Shown: piece after piece, positions 51,460-64,000 of the stretch
Layout of the letters: every line of letters begins with the position of its first letter
Position numbering within the stretch: the first letter of the stretch is position 1
Origin: Octopus sinensis
Lineage: Eukaryota
DNA length: 64,000 nucleotides
Assembly (NCBI RefSeq): GCF_006345805.1
Contig: NC_043009.1
Span: forward strand, 40,424,001-40,488,000
Direction: 5' to 3'
Notes under the pieces: generated by a model
What the model was told of the DNA's origin: nothing
Seen by the model: only the letters and a program-made list of their open reading frames with translations
The model's database searches: none
Program-made: the position numbers and the translations under genes

Positions 51460-52753
51460 AAGAAAATAGAAAGATAATTTATAAATTAGTATGTATTAAT
51501 TAAGAAATTGACAAACATCCTTTACAGCTGTTTCAATTGAAGACCTTAAGAAAATTAATTAATAAAAATTTAAAATTGTTTGAAAGTCGAATTTCGTCTG
51601 GCGTAGTTTAAGATATACAAAATAAGCGTTAAATTCCTGCATGTTTGCTAAACGGCTGCAAACCGTTAACTGATGAATTTATATATAGAGAACATAGTAT
51701 AAAACATGGTATAGACCCAAGAAAGGGGAGTAAAGTTGTGTATATTAGAGTTGTAAAGTAATAATAGATCAATATATTCATCTCGAGTGTTTAGTATAAA
51801 AAAAAACTGAAGTAGGTATATTGTATAAATGTCATATATTGTGATATTATGTCCATCCATATTAAATCAATAGGAAATTAGTTTTTTAACCCTTTCGATA
51901 TTTATAATAAGTAATAGATTGCCTGGAATGTCTTTTACCATAATTAGATATTAATAATAACTATACACACGTGAATTAAACTCTACATACTAATTTTTTA
52001 TTGATTTAATATGGATGGACATAATATCATAATATATGACATTTATACCAATATATCTACTTGAGGTTTCTTATACTAATCACTCTTGATGATAGGCGTA
52101 GGAGTGGCTGTGTAGTAAGTAGCTTGCTTACCAACCACATGGTTCCGGGTTCAGTCCCACCAAAGCCTTGTGAGTGGATTTGGTAGACGGAAACTGAAAA
52201 AAGCCCGTCGTATATATGTATATATGTATATATACATGTGTGTATGTTTGTGTGTCTGTGTCTGTCCCCCCAACGTCACTTGACAACCGATGCTGGTGTG
52301 TTTACGTCCCCGTAACTTAGCGGTTCGGCAAAAGGGACCTATAGAATAAGTAATAGGCGTACAAAGAATAAGTCCTGGGGTCGATTTTCACGACTAAAAG
52401 GCGGTGCTCCAGCATGGCCATAGCCAAATGAGTGAAACAAGTAAAAGAGAGTATTCTTACTTTACAAATCCAATATACACAAACTCCCCTTTCTAAGGTC
52501 TATACCATGTTTTATACTATGTTATTTATGCATAAATTTCATCAGTTAACGGTTTGCAGCCGTTTACTCAACATGCAGGAATTGAACACCTATTTTATAT
52601 ATCTTAAACTACGTCTGAGGAGATTCGACTTCAAATAATTTTCAATTTTATTAATTATTTTTTTTAAGGTCTTGAACTGAAACAGCTGTAAAGGTTGTTT
52701 GACACTTTTTTAATTAGTAACTAATAATTAATTAATTATCTCTCTATTTTCTT
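51460..52753. mobile_element. Fold-back element with ~420-bp inverted arms; SINE A inserted in the right arm (52095-52450)
   Basis: Left arm 51460-51881 is the reverse complement of 51990-52753 once the SINE is removed; ~108-bp spacer. Confidence 0.85.
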
Positions 52754-52846
52754 ATCTTATTTTAATAAATAAAGACATATAAACTACGGTAACTAACCAG
52801 TAGTTTCATGGGATTTTGCTATCCCTCAATGAGGTTTGCAATCTTT

Positions 52847-52891
<45 letters not shown>

Positions 52892-52948
52892 TAGTAGCGT
52901 ATGCGTGTTTGTGTGATTGTAAATATTATATATATATATATATATATA

Positions 52949-53892
52949 TTGGGTTTGCAAGAAGGTAATTTCGTTTTTCGCAAATAGAGCTGCGATCTTT
53001 TTGAATGACATTTGTCAATGCTATGATGTTTTCCCTTTTGACATTTGAAAGCTGTTACTGTTAGCTTACTTTAGAAGCAAATTCCGCGTAATTTTGTTTA
53101 CAGCTGTTATTTCAGTGTCAATTTTATCATGGTGTGCAAAAACGAACATTTTCGCCATATTTTTTTTTTTATTATTTCCGGAAAGGCAAGAAAGCTTGTG
53201 AGGCTCACAAAGACATGTGTGAAGTTTATGGTGTTGATTGCATAACAGAAGGCACATGTCAGAAATGGTTTTCAAAATTCCGTTCTGAAGATTTTTCACT
53301 CAAAGATGACCAACGTTCTGGTCGACCTACTGAAGTTGTTGATGACCGAATCAAAGTCAAAACTGAATCTGATTGTCATATAACTGTGTGAGAGATTGCC
53401 GAGATGTTAACCACATCACACACATCAACTAAAATCACTTAAAATATCTTGGACTCGTTAAGAAACACTATATAAGAGATTCACTTAATACAACGTATCG
53501 ATATTTGCGATATGCGTCTCGAACGCAATGAAATCAACCTTTTTAAAAACGAATCACCCCTGGTGATAGAGAATGGATTATCTACAATAAAATCAATCGA
53601 AATCTATCATGGTCCAAGCGTAATGAACTAGCAAAATCTGAATTGCATAAAAAAAAGGTCATGCTGTCAATTTGGTGGATTTACAAAGGTGCTGTGTATT
53701 TTGAGCTGCTTCGAAGGAATCAAACGATCAATTCAGATGATTACTGTCAACAACTAATGAAACTGGAGGAAGCAATCGAAGAAAAACATCGAGAATTGAC
53801 AAATCGTAAAGCAAACGTGCTTGCTTCACCATGACAACGCTAGACCACACACGCCTTTGCTAACTCGCGAAAAATTATTGGAGCTTCGTTGG

Positions 53893-53895
<3 letters not shown>
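52949..53895 (+). mobile_element. mariner transposon, degenerate, 3'-truncated at (TA)n
   Basis: TIR ttgggtttgcaagaaggtaatttcg after TA. Fragments YYFRKGKKACEA...WFSKFRSEDFSLKDDQRSGRP, GDREWIIY, KKVMLSIWW...YFELL...QTINSDDYCQQL, and a frameshifted HDNARPH. Confidence 0.9.
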
Positions 53896-53938
<43 letters not shown>

Positions 53939-54212
53939 ATATATAAACTACTAACGAACTGGAGCATAAACAAACCAAAACTGGTTGGCAACGGAAAAAA
54001 ACATACTCATATATATTGATTGGCCCGTGACAACAGCAAAATATATGATGATGCGCAGTGGAACTGGACACGAAACCGCATGATTGCAAACTGAGCTTCT
54101 TAATACATAGCCGTGTTTACGTATCTATCTATCTGTCTATCTATCTATTACTCTATCTGTATGAATTTTGCATGTGTGTATGTATGCATATGTATGTGCA
54201 TATATATATGTA

Positions 54213-54272
<60 letters not shown>

Positions 54273-54905
54273 TAGTACTACATATATAATATATATGTAT
54301 GCATATATATATACACACACACATATATATATGCGTGTATTATGTATGTATGTATGCCTGTGTGTGTGAGCATACACGCACATACACTCAATGACATACA
54401 AATATACACACACACACGCACGTATATTACACCGACAACTAGAATACAATAGAAGGCTTCCGCTACATTTCAAGCTTTCCAAATCCGCTGTTTTATCTAT
54501 TCATAATTTATTCCTAGAGATAATAATTTATTTCTAGAGATAATACATCTAACATTGGTTATTAATGACCAGAAATTTCATTCACAATAAAAACATGATT
54601 TGTGTAGGTGGATCCGTATCTTCACAAAAAGAAATTGGTTTCTTATTCTCTATCATTCGTAATTGTTTCACTTGTTGATATTTTTGTTGAAATAGTAGAC
54701 GGTGTTGTTATTTAACCCCCTAGGAAACCTCGGTTCTGCATATATGATGAAAATTGTTCTAGTTGAGATCAGTCTGTGCTTGTTTCAAGCAAAGTATATG
54801 GAGAACTAAATTACTCAGTGTATCGTTCCGACATTCGAAGGGAACAGGAAGATATTCGAGGGAAATTAAGTTGTTATTTCTAGCAGATCGAGTGAATGTA
54901 TTCAG

Positions 54906-55213
54906 CAGGGCTTTCTAAACTTTGTGCCGCGGAACTTTAGTGTTCTTCTGATTGATAATCTCTTGGTGTACTGCGAAATCAAATCAAATTTAATTTAATT
55001 TTTATGAATAAGCCGGCTGTGCGATATTTGAAGGATGTTTGAGATCTAATGGCGCTGCGTTTAATTAGACTTGTGACACGTGATATTATATTTAATTTTT
55101 TTTTAAAATTTATTTTATTAATTTTGTGTTTGGTAACAAATGTAATTAATGTGTCACGAACAATTTTATTTTTAAAATCAGAACCACCATTTTGAAAAGT
55201 TTGGAAAGCTCTG
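54906..55213. mobile_element. hAT-type MITE with 8-bp target-site duplication
   Basis: TIRs cagggctttctaaactttg / cagagctttccaaactttt (16/19). Flanks gtattcag (54898-54905) and gtattaag (55214-55221). Confidence 0.8.
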
Positions 55214-55644
55214 GTATTAAGAAACTTTATCACTGGCAGGGGCTGAAATAATTGACGCCATTCATTCATAGTGTCATATAAAACAGTAGATCGGTCAAGT
55301 TGTTAGAGCGTCGGACAGTATTCCACGCGGTATTTGCTATCTGAGTCCATGCACCCATAGGGCGCGATTTTGTCTTTCATCCATTCGGATTTATTTTCTA
55401 TATTTTTTTAAAAAACAGAAAAATAAAGATAATCCAAAGCGGTGGATTGATAGAATTAAAACATCGGATCAGATACATGACGGCAATTTATTCCGTCTCC
55501 TTGCATTGTGAATGCAAATTCCTCCATGGCAACATGAGTATCATTCGGTTCGCTAACACCACGTAGCAGCTTGGACCCTTCAATGGTATCCATACGATTT
55601 CAAGCATTCGAGCCAGGTCCCTCGATTTGAGAAGGCCTTCTTCT

Positions 55645-56005
55645 ATGTCATCCCCCTTCCCTTCCACTAGTTTTAGTGTAAAGAACCCCTTCGGTCATGT
55701 ATGACCATGAGATTGCACCTTGAACGTCCCCCCTCCTAGGTACAAGTCCGAGGCAAGATTGTTTATGGAAGACTAGCGGTCGCCCAAGCATACCAGTCGA
55801 CCCCTCTCCGCGCGCCAGGGGAAGGGCAAAGGGGCTGATACAGCTTGGCACCAGCGACATCGCGGCTCATTCCTACAGCTGAATGAACTGGAATAACGTG
55901 AAATAAAGTATCTTGCTCAAAAACACAACACAAAGCCCAGTCCGGCAATCGAACCCACTATCTCATGATTGTGAGCGCGACGCTCTAACCACTGAGTCAT
56001 GCACT
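55645..56005 (-). mobile_element. SINE family C with tail variant G
   Basis: tRNA head (gactcagtggttagagcgtcg...gggttcgattgcc), core tgtgtttttgagcaagatactttatttcacg, distinct tail. Confidence 0.75.
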
Positions 56006-56452
56006 TTCGCATGTCTTAGAGGTCCAGCAAAAGGTCGTCGGTACTGTTCTGTCCTTCTGACGATGAGACTTTTAAAAATGTGGCTTGAACAAAACAGTTT
56101 CTTCGCTACTACACAATAACGTTGGAAATAGAAAAAACATCATGGTAAATTAAATATATATATATTGGAAATATAGAAATTATATCTAAAAAACTAGATG
56201 TCGATGACATAGAATGTAGGTCTTCCTATCATAAATCATTTAAGCCTTTCCTTTCACACTTTTCTCTCCTTTACTTCTAGTTCTTCCTCTCTCTCTTTCT
56301 CTTTCTCTCTCTCTCTCTCATCTCTTCCCCCACCTCTCTCTCTCTCTATCAACCTATCAATCTTTCTCTATATCTATTTTTCAAATTATCCGTTCAAACT
56401 CTATCTATCTATCTAACTATCTATCTATCTATCTATCTATCTGTCTGTCTTT

Positions 56453-56506
<54 letters not shown>

Positions 56507-56570
56507 AAGCTATATATCTGTCTATCTGTTTACTATCTATCTATCTATCTATCTGTCTGTCTGTCTTCTG

Positions 56571-56607
<37 letters not shown>

Positions 56608-56647
56608 TTATCTATCTATCTACCTACCTATCTATCTATCTATCTAC

Positions 56648-56679
<32 letters not shown>

Positions 56680-57949
56680 ATTATCTACCAAACTCCGTGA
56701 CGTTATATCTCTTATTCTCATATGACAGCTTTTATATCCCTCTCATACTTCCTCTCATTTTCTCCCTCTATTTCTCTTTCTCTCTATCTATGTGTCTATA
56801 TCTCTCTCTTCCTCTCTCTCTCTCTATCTCTCGATCATTCATTATGTACGTTTATATGAACACTGTCTATTTATTTATATTTAATTCATCACTACGTTTA
56901 TCCTACACTGAACTAGTTCATTTTGACTTCTTCACTTCATACATCTGTCATCATATCCAACCTCACACCTAAGTCCCTGTATATCTCTGCCAATGTCATC
57001 ACGGCAGTTATACCCTTCTCCTTTCCATCCTCTTGGTTCTCTGTAATTTCACTCTCCAGCCTCCATTTAAACTTCTGTTAATGTAACAAATACTAACCAT
57101 AATCTCTACCTGCGACCGTCTTCGGAACAATGAAATGATATGAGCCATTAGTCACATCTACCGGCCCCGCTTGGTGCTTTTGTGAGCATTCTGTATCGTC
57201 AGTGAAATGCCAGGAAGTAATAGCAAAGACCTAATGGTTAGGGTTTTCGGTTAATAATCATACGGCAATGGGTTCAATTCGTGCACCGGGAGCGTTGGCT
57301 TGTGTCCTTCGGTCAAGAACATCATTTCACGTTGCTCCAGTCCACTCACCTGTAAAGAGTACTGAGTACTGGGACAGTTCTCTTTCCTAGATGCTCCGTA
57401 GGGTTAATGAAGAAGGAGCCGGGAAGGTGCTTATGCTTGCTCGCGTCTAAGTAGACATTTCTAATAATCAAAGAATGTACGGTTCATTTTACAAAGCAGT
57501 GCACGCTTGCAAGTGACGTTTGGTTGAACTATGGCGAAGAGCTTTATTATATTGTTTTATAGTTGTGTTTTGTTGCCATTTTTTATTTTGCTGTTTGTCA
57601 ATTTTTTCTTTTTTCATTTTAATTTTCACCTATTTGTTCAAGTTTATATTTATTTATTTGTTTGTTTCAATTATTCATTTATTTAGAATATAATCCAAAT
57701 TTCAGTCATGAAAATGAACGTCAGTGTGATTCAAAGCCATATGTCTCAAAAAAAAAAGGTCATTGGAAAATGTGGCTGCACTCGAACATAGTTTGAGAGA
57801 TCATTGAATGAACAGAACTGATTTGTGGAATGTTCTAACTCAACCAAACCAGTATTCTATTGGGTTTTTATGACTTTAAATTATATTTTGTTTTAGTTAT
57901 GTTTTATTGTAATTTTTATATATTTCTGTGCAAATACGTCTGTATGCAT

Positions 57950-57987
<38 letters not shown>

Positions 57988-58070
57988 TCAGAGGAATATG
58001 GTACTTAATTTGAGGCACTAGAATTTAGTACGGTATTATCCATACAATTTCAAAGTAAGGTGATTAAAAT

Positions 58071-58589
58071 CAAAATAAGCAACAAGGATATCCAGAGGCA
58101 ATGCAGTACGATCGTTTCATGTAACTCCATTTAATTGAAAAATGCAATCATTGCATCAATTTAAAATGCAGAGCAATCTTCAGCAGCACAAAGACAGGAT
58201 TAGAACAGATGGACACATTAGTATAATTATACCTAAAATCTCCAGGAAGTTAAGGAGATACACAAAGAACATGCTGTCTCACTCCGTCTATCTCCTTAAC
58301 TTCTTGGAGATTTTAAGTATAATTATACTAATATGTCCATCTGTTCTAATTTAATTAAATTCTAGGGCGGAACACTTTAAGAAAATGATAAAAAACAGTT
58401 ACTAAAACTATTTTAAACAATATGTCATTACTGTATAAAATTGATTTAATCTAGGTAAATTTTATGTATTTGGGCAGCTGAAGATTGCTCTGCATTTTAA
58501 ATTGATATTATGATTGCATTATTCAATTAATGGAGTTGCATGAAACGATCGTACTGCATTACCTCAGGATATCCTTGCTGCTTATTTTG
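58071..58589. mobile_element. Palindromic fold-back MITE (two nested inverted-repeat pairs)
   Basis: 58071-58192 pairs with 58469-58589. 58199-58260 pairs with 58289-58350 around a 28-nt loop. About 118 bp is unpaired in the right arm. Confidence 0.85.
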
Positions 58590-58592
58590 CTG

Positions 58593-58641
<49 letters not shown>

Positions 58642-58684
58642 TATATATATATATTATATGGATATATATATATATACAGAAAGG

Positions 58685-58733
<49 letters not shown>

Positions 58734-58767
58734 GATAATATCAATTTCAAATTTTTAAATAAATTTT

Positions 58768-58892
58768 TTAACCCCGAAAGGATGAAAGGTAAAGTCGACC
58801 TCGGCGGAATGTGAACTCAGAACGTAGCGACGGGCGAAATACCGCAAAGCATTTCGCTCGGCGTGCTAACGATTCTGCCAGCTCGCCGCCCT
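58768..58892 (-). mobile_element. SINE B 5' half
   Basis: Similar to family B. Confidence 0.85.
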
Positions 58893-58909
58893 TAATAGTA
58901 ATGATAATG

Positions 58910-58954
<45 letters not shown>

Positions 58955-58979
58955 TAATAATAACAATAATAATAATAAT

Positions 58980-59476
58980 AAGTGTTATCACGTACATTGT
59001 TTTGTCTTGGTATAAAAGATGGACTACAGCAAATATTCTGCTCAATACCACTGATCTGCTTGTCAATTGTTTGACCTTAACCAGTTGAGCATGTCCCTTA
59101 GTGGCTGACAATATGTGCATCTCTGATCACGAGCAGAAATAGTGGGGGAGCATCATAGCCATGTGTTGAGAGGGATTCTTTGGGGTTTGAATAATTCACC
59201 TCTGGAAACATGGGTGGTTCTTTCAACATCCTTAAACAACCCTTATTCAGGGACCTTTTGAGCGGGATGGGCTACTCAACCTGAAGAAAATTCTAACTGG
59301 GCCCCACCTGCAAGGTCATGCGCTGTTTATCTTGATATGAGATCACCATGTCGCGCACATATGGTTTGATGCATGTGCCTGGTGTACCCTTATCAGACGG
59401 GTAGTCATGATGGTATATTGGGCTTCGTATATTTTACCCCTGTGTCACTTTGATGGCATGAACTGCTCTCTCACTC
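58980..59476 (+). mobile_element. Second copy of the (TAA)n-inserted non-coding element, 5'-truncated
   Basis: Lacks ~60 bp at one end relative to 12439-12992. (AAT)n on both sides. Confidence 0.8.
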
Positions 59477-59613
59477 AATAATAATAATAATAATAATAAT
59501 AAAGAAGAAGAAGAAGAAGAAGAAGAAGAAGAAGAAGAGAGAAGAGGAAGAAGAAGAAGAAGAGAAGAAGAAGAAGAAGAAGAAGAAGAAGAAGAAGAAG
59601 AAGAAAAAGAAGA

Positions 59614-60858
59614 AGAAAAGAGGGAGGCCGTGGACTTTTACAACTGGCAATAACAATGAAGATTGCTACAATTGGCCTAGACACCTACCTGAAAAACTCT
59701 GAGGACTGGATGTTAAAACTGGTCTCAAAACATGAAAACAAGAAAGCATCATACTCAGTAACAAAACAGGCAAAGGAATATCTAAGTGAATTCCGAATAC
59801 AATAAATTTCGGAATTAGAGATAAACATACAAGAAACAGGCACAGAAAAAGCTAAGCGCATGAAAACCCGTGCTAAATCTGCGGCCTTGATATTCTGAAT
59901 GATAAATGGCAAAAAAACCTCTCTATGGCAAATACTCAAGAGAGTAAATAATGCAGATGTTGACAAAGCCCTGACCCATCAATGGCTAATGGCCTCTGGC
60001 TTAAAATCTGAAACAGAGGGGTTTATCATAGCAGCTCAAGATCAATGCCTACCACAAGAAACTACCAGCCCAACATATTAAAGATCAGAAGCAGTCCAAC
60101 GTGTCGTGTATGCCAGCAACAAAATGAAACCATTGACCTTGTGGTCTCCAAGTGCAGTCTTCTAGCGCCTACAGAGTATCTCAACAGACACGATAGAGCT
60201 GCACAGTATATTCACTGGGTAATCTGCAAAAACCTGGATTTGCCCCATGAAAAAAACTGGTGGGAACACAAACAACCCCCAGTGCTTGAAAATGACCACA
60301 TCTCACTCCTCTGGAACTTCACCATTCAAACTGACAGAAAGATAGATGCAAATAGCCAGACATCATATTGAAAGACTTCAAACAAGAACATGCCTCCTCA
60401 TTGATATGACTGTCCCAATCGATATAAACGTATGTGTCAAGACCTACCAAAAACTGAGCAAATATAAAGATCTTGAAATAGAAATCAGCAAAATGTGGAA
60501 CCTGAAGACTAAAACAATACCTGTTGTCATAGGTGCCCTGGGAATGATAGCAAAAGGGGCTGATAGCTACCTAACTCAGATACCAGGAAACCCAAAAATG
60601 GCAGAAATTCAAAAGATAGTGCTCATGGGAACTGCTCATATCCTAACGCAAATACTTTCTATGTAATCTCAAGGTTAAAACAAACATAATTTTCGGTTTT
60701 AAAAAAATTTTTTTTTAGACATTCATTAGTACAACACCAAAAAATATATGGCACACTAGGCATAACAACAACATGAACTTCCAACCTGTTGTCTCTTGAG
60801 GTGTCTGGGTGAGACTTGGAGCCAACTTGTACAAATATTAAGCAAAAGTCAAACATAG
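59614..60858 (+). mobile_element. 5'-truncated R4/Dong-like non-LTR retrotransposon (RLE domain and 3' UTR)
   Basis: RKEGGRGLL...KSETEGFIIAAQDQ, zinc-finger-like CRVCQQQNETIDLVVSKC, RHD, WNFTIQTDRKI, LLIDMTVP...KLSKYKDL...IPVVIGALG, with frameshifts. The 3' UTR ends directly in (AAT)n. Confidence 0.85.
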
Positions 60859-61399
60859 AATAATAATAATAATAATAATAGTAACAACATCGTATTTTCG
60901 AAATGCATTATCTTTTCTTGTAGAGTTATATATTAATTTTGTTGTTAATTTTTTTCCCTTTTCTAATTTTTTTTTTATTTTTCTGTTTTTCATTTCAATT
61001 TGCATTTTTCAATTATTTGTTTATGAGTGTTTTTCTTCTTCTTTTTCTTTTTCTTCTTCTTCTTATTATTTTATCTATTTATATATTTATTTTATTATTA
61101 TTATTATTCTTAGAATATAATCTAACTTTCAGGCATGAAAAACAAAAAGTCTTCAAGATCTTCGAAATATATTCATCTCATTCTAAAGACTGCAAGAAAG
61201 CATATAATTTAGCATTCAGCTTCTTCTCTCGGGTTTACCTTTCTTTATTTCTGATAGCCAGAAAATCTACGTGGCTGTCCCAATGCTAGTCAAAGTGACG
61301 GTACTGACCAAGCAAAGAGACTTTATCATTCACACAGACGGGCATATTACATATATCTCTCGTCCTATCTCACACAACAGACAAAAACAACTTGAGCAA

Positions 61400-61621
61400 A
61401 TTCCAGCATAAATGCATTGACTACATGTATATAGCCAGTTATATTTATATATACCTGCATACATACATACGTACCTACCTACCTACCTACCTACCTACGT
61501 TCCTACATACATACATACATATTTATATATATGTATGTATGTATATGTATGTATTTATGTATGTGTGTATATATGTATACACACACTAGCAGGCGTGCAT
61601 TTATACATATGTACATATATG

Positions 61622-61657
<36 letters not shown>

Positions 61658-61942
61658 AATATGTATGTATGCATGAATATATACAGGTATATCTGTGAGG
61701 CACATGTGCAAGTATAATATAAAATAATATGGAGTCTCAAGTATCATATGTGTATGTGAACATGTGTTAGTGTGTGTGTGTTCGTGTATGTGTGTAAGTG
61801 TGTGTGTGTACGTACGCATGTGTGTGTGCTTCTACGTGCCTTTTATAGATACACATAGATAAAAATGCACATACTAGAATATGCGTTCCTGTGTGTGCGT
61901 ATGTCTGTGTATTACGTCTGTATGAGAAGTGTATGTCAATCA

Positions 61943-61978
<36 letters not shown>

Positions 61979-62712
61979 GTGTGTGTGTATAAGTGTATAT
62001 ATATATATATATATATATGTGGGTGTATACATATGTATGTATATACATATATGTATATATATATATATACATATATATACATATATATACATATATATAT
62101 ATATATGTCTACGTGTAAATATGTATATATAAACACACGCATATATATATGCATATATATATATATATATATATATGTTTGTGTGTGTGTGTATGTGTGC
62201 AGTTCCGCATACGTATATGTGTGTGTGTATCTCTATATTCAAAGTACTTTATGGAACTTATATGTATGCATATAAGTTTGTCCATATGTGTGTGTGTGTG
62301 TGTGTGTGTATGTGTGTGTGTGTGTAATATTTATGTATGCATCTATGAATAACGTATCTCGAGAAAATATTTACATACTAACATTTATGTTTTTGCTCTG
62401 AATTTGTTTTTCAATTTAGTTTTCTGAAACTATTCAAAAGGTCGTCAATGTATCCATAGATATACACACACAGTCATGCACAAACATTCATACATATACG
62501 CACATCACATAAGCACACACACACACACGTACAAACACCTGCTCACACGTGCATGCACATATCTACATATGTGTGTCTGTGTGTATGTGTATGAGCGTCT
62601 GTGTCTATGTATGTATGTATGTATATGCTAGTGTATGTTAAATTGTTATCCTTGTTATATATATATATGTTGTATGTGTGTGTATGTATATATATTATAT
62701 ATACATATATAT

Positions 62713-62781
<69 letters not shown>

Positions 62782-62907
62782 CATATATATATACATATAT
62801 ATACATATATACATATATATACATTTACATAAATACACACGCACACACATCTATATAAGATCTTATCCATCCGCATGTTTGTCTATCTGTCTATCTATCT
62901 GTCTGTC

Positions 62908-62945
<38 letters not shown>

Positions 62946-63060
62946 GATAATGTATATATGTTTATATACATGCGTGTGTATTTATACATACACTTATGAT
63001 TATGTATTTTCGCATATGCATATATGTATATTTATATTTACATATATATATACATATATA

Positions 63061-63117
<57 letters not shown>

Positions 63118-63350
63118 ATTACGTTTGTATCTGTATGTATGCGTCTGTGCATGTGTATGTGTGAGTCTGTATGTGTGTGTGTGTGTGCGTCTGTTTGTCT
63201 CTGTGTGTTCTGCGTAGTATTTTATGGAACGGTGCGTGTATATTCATATGGGCATAAAAGTCTATGTATATATGTGTGCGTCTATGCGCGTGCGTACATG
63301 ATTGCCTATGCGCATGTGTGTACGCTGATGCGTATGGATATCTCGATATG
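61400..63350. repeat. Dense (TA)n/(TG)n/(TACA)n microsatellite field
   Basis: Direct reading; representative of many such fields in the window. Confidence 0.9.
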
Positions 63351-63846
63351 TTAATATCCTAGGTCTTGCATATACCTGTGCTTCTATGGGTCTGCATTGT
63401 ATATTCGTCTATATTTACGTATTGATTCGTGTGCTTCTGTATGCTTACACTTACCCACACATATAATTGCGTATGTATAAATGCTTACACAGGCCTGTGT
63501 GTGTTTGTGTATGAGCGTGTCTATGTATGAGCCTGTGTGCTTGTAGGTGTTTGTGTGTACTTATGTACATGGGCGTGAATGCGACGTTGTTTATACTTAA
63601 ATTTCTGATGCATTTTGCCTGAGGCTTTCCTGTTACTGCAATAACGTTTTCTCTGCGTTTACATAGAGTTTTTCAAAATTTTTTTTTTCTTCTTAATCTT
63701 CTTCGTTCTCTGCACTTGCATCGTTTTTGTTTGTTAGTTATGATCATCGTGGGATGTATTTGGGATAGTAATACTAGTAGTGATGGCGACAGTTCTGCTC
63801 TTCTTGCTAGTAGTAGTGGCGACTCCAGTGTCATGGGCTTTCTTCC

Positions 63847-63897
<51 letters not shown>

Positions 63898-64000
63898 GTA
63901 TATATATACGTATATATATGCATATATACATGCATATATATACATATATATATATATATAGATAGATAGATAGATAGATAAATAGATATATATGTACGTA

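Noticed and set aside
56050-56100. CTGACGA as a hammerhead core
   Set aside because: No sound stem II and no GAAA-stem III-UH.
57705-57795. VIGKCGCT as a cystine-knot/TGF-beta C-terminus
   Set aside because: Needs a frameshift in an A-run and no upstream cysteine pattern is present.

Overview
Very AT-rich eukaryotic DNA saturated with microsatellites ((TA)n, (CA)n, (TATG)n, (GATA)n, (TAT/TAA)n, (GAA)n, (GAT)n) and transposon debris. The SINE repertoire looks like octopus (coleoid cephalopod) to me; that is inference, not a database result. No intact protein-coding gene can be supported, and nearly all ORFs in the track are translations of simple repeats. Contents: about 35 copies or fragments of 3-4 tRNA-headed SINE families; LINE remnants (RTE x3, an R4/Dong-like RLE element, CR1/L2-like ORF1 and RT scraps); a Penelope-like GIY-YIG remnant; two mariner fragments; hAT and Tc1-like MITEs; two long fold-back elements; a non-autonomous Helitron; a decayed tRNA-Asp; a ~1.7-kb tandem duplication that may be an assembly artefact; and scattered + strand exon-like segments that read as a broken death-fold (DED-like) gene. 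Best observation: a complete, canonical type I hammerhead ribozyme on the minus strand (4556-4670; cleavage between 4571 and 4570). It sits in a non-coding 473-bp unit with 67-bp terminal redundancy and a 5' inverted segment, inserted in (TA)n. The insertion is circularly permuted relative to the cleavage site, as expected for a retrozyme-like element copied from a circular or multimeric RNA. Other (TA)n-inserted families carry degenerate minimal Penelope-type hammerhead motifs. A second candidate system is a 554-bp non-coding element that inserts in (TAA)n in the same orientation as the Dong/R4-like LINE. All alignments, folds and coordinates were done by eye; ends of degenerate repeats are approximate.
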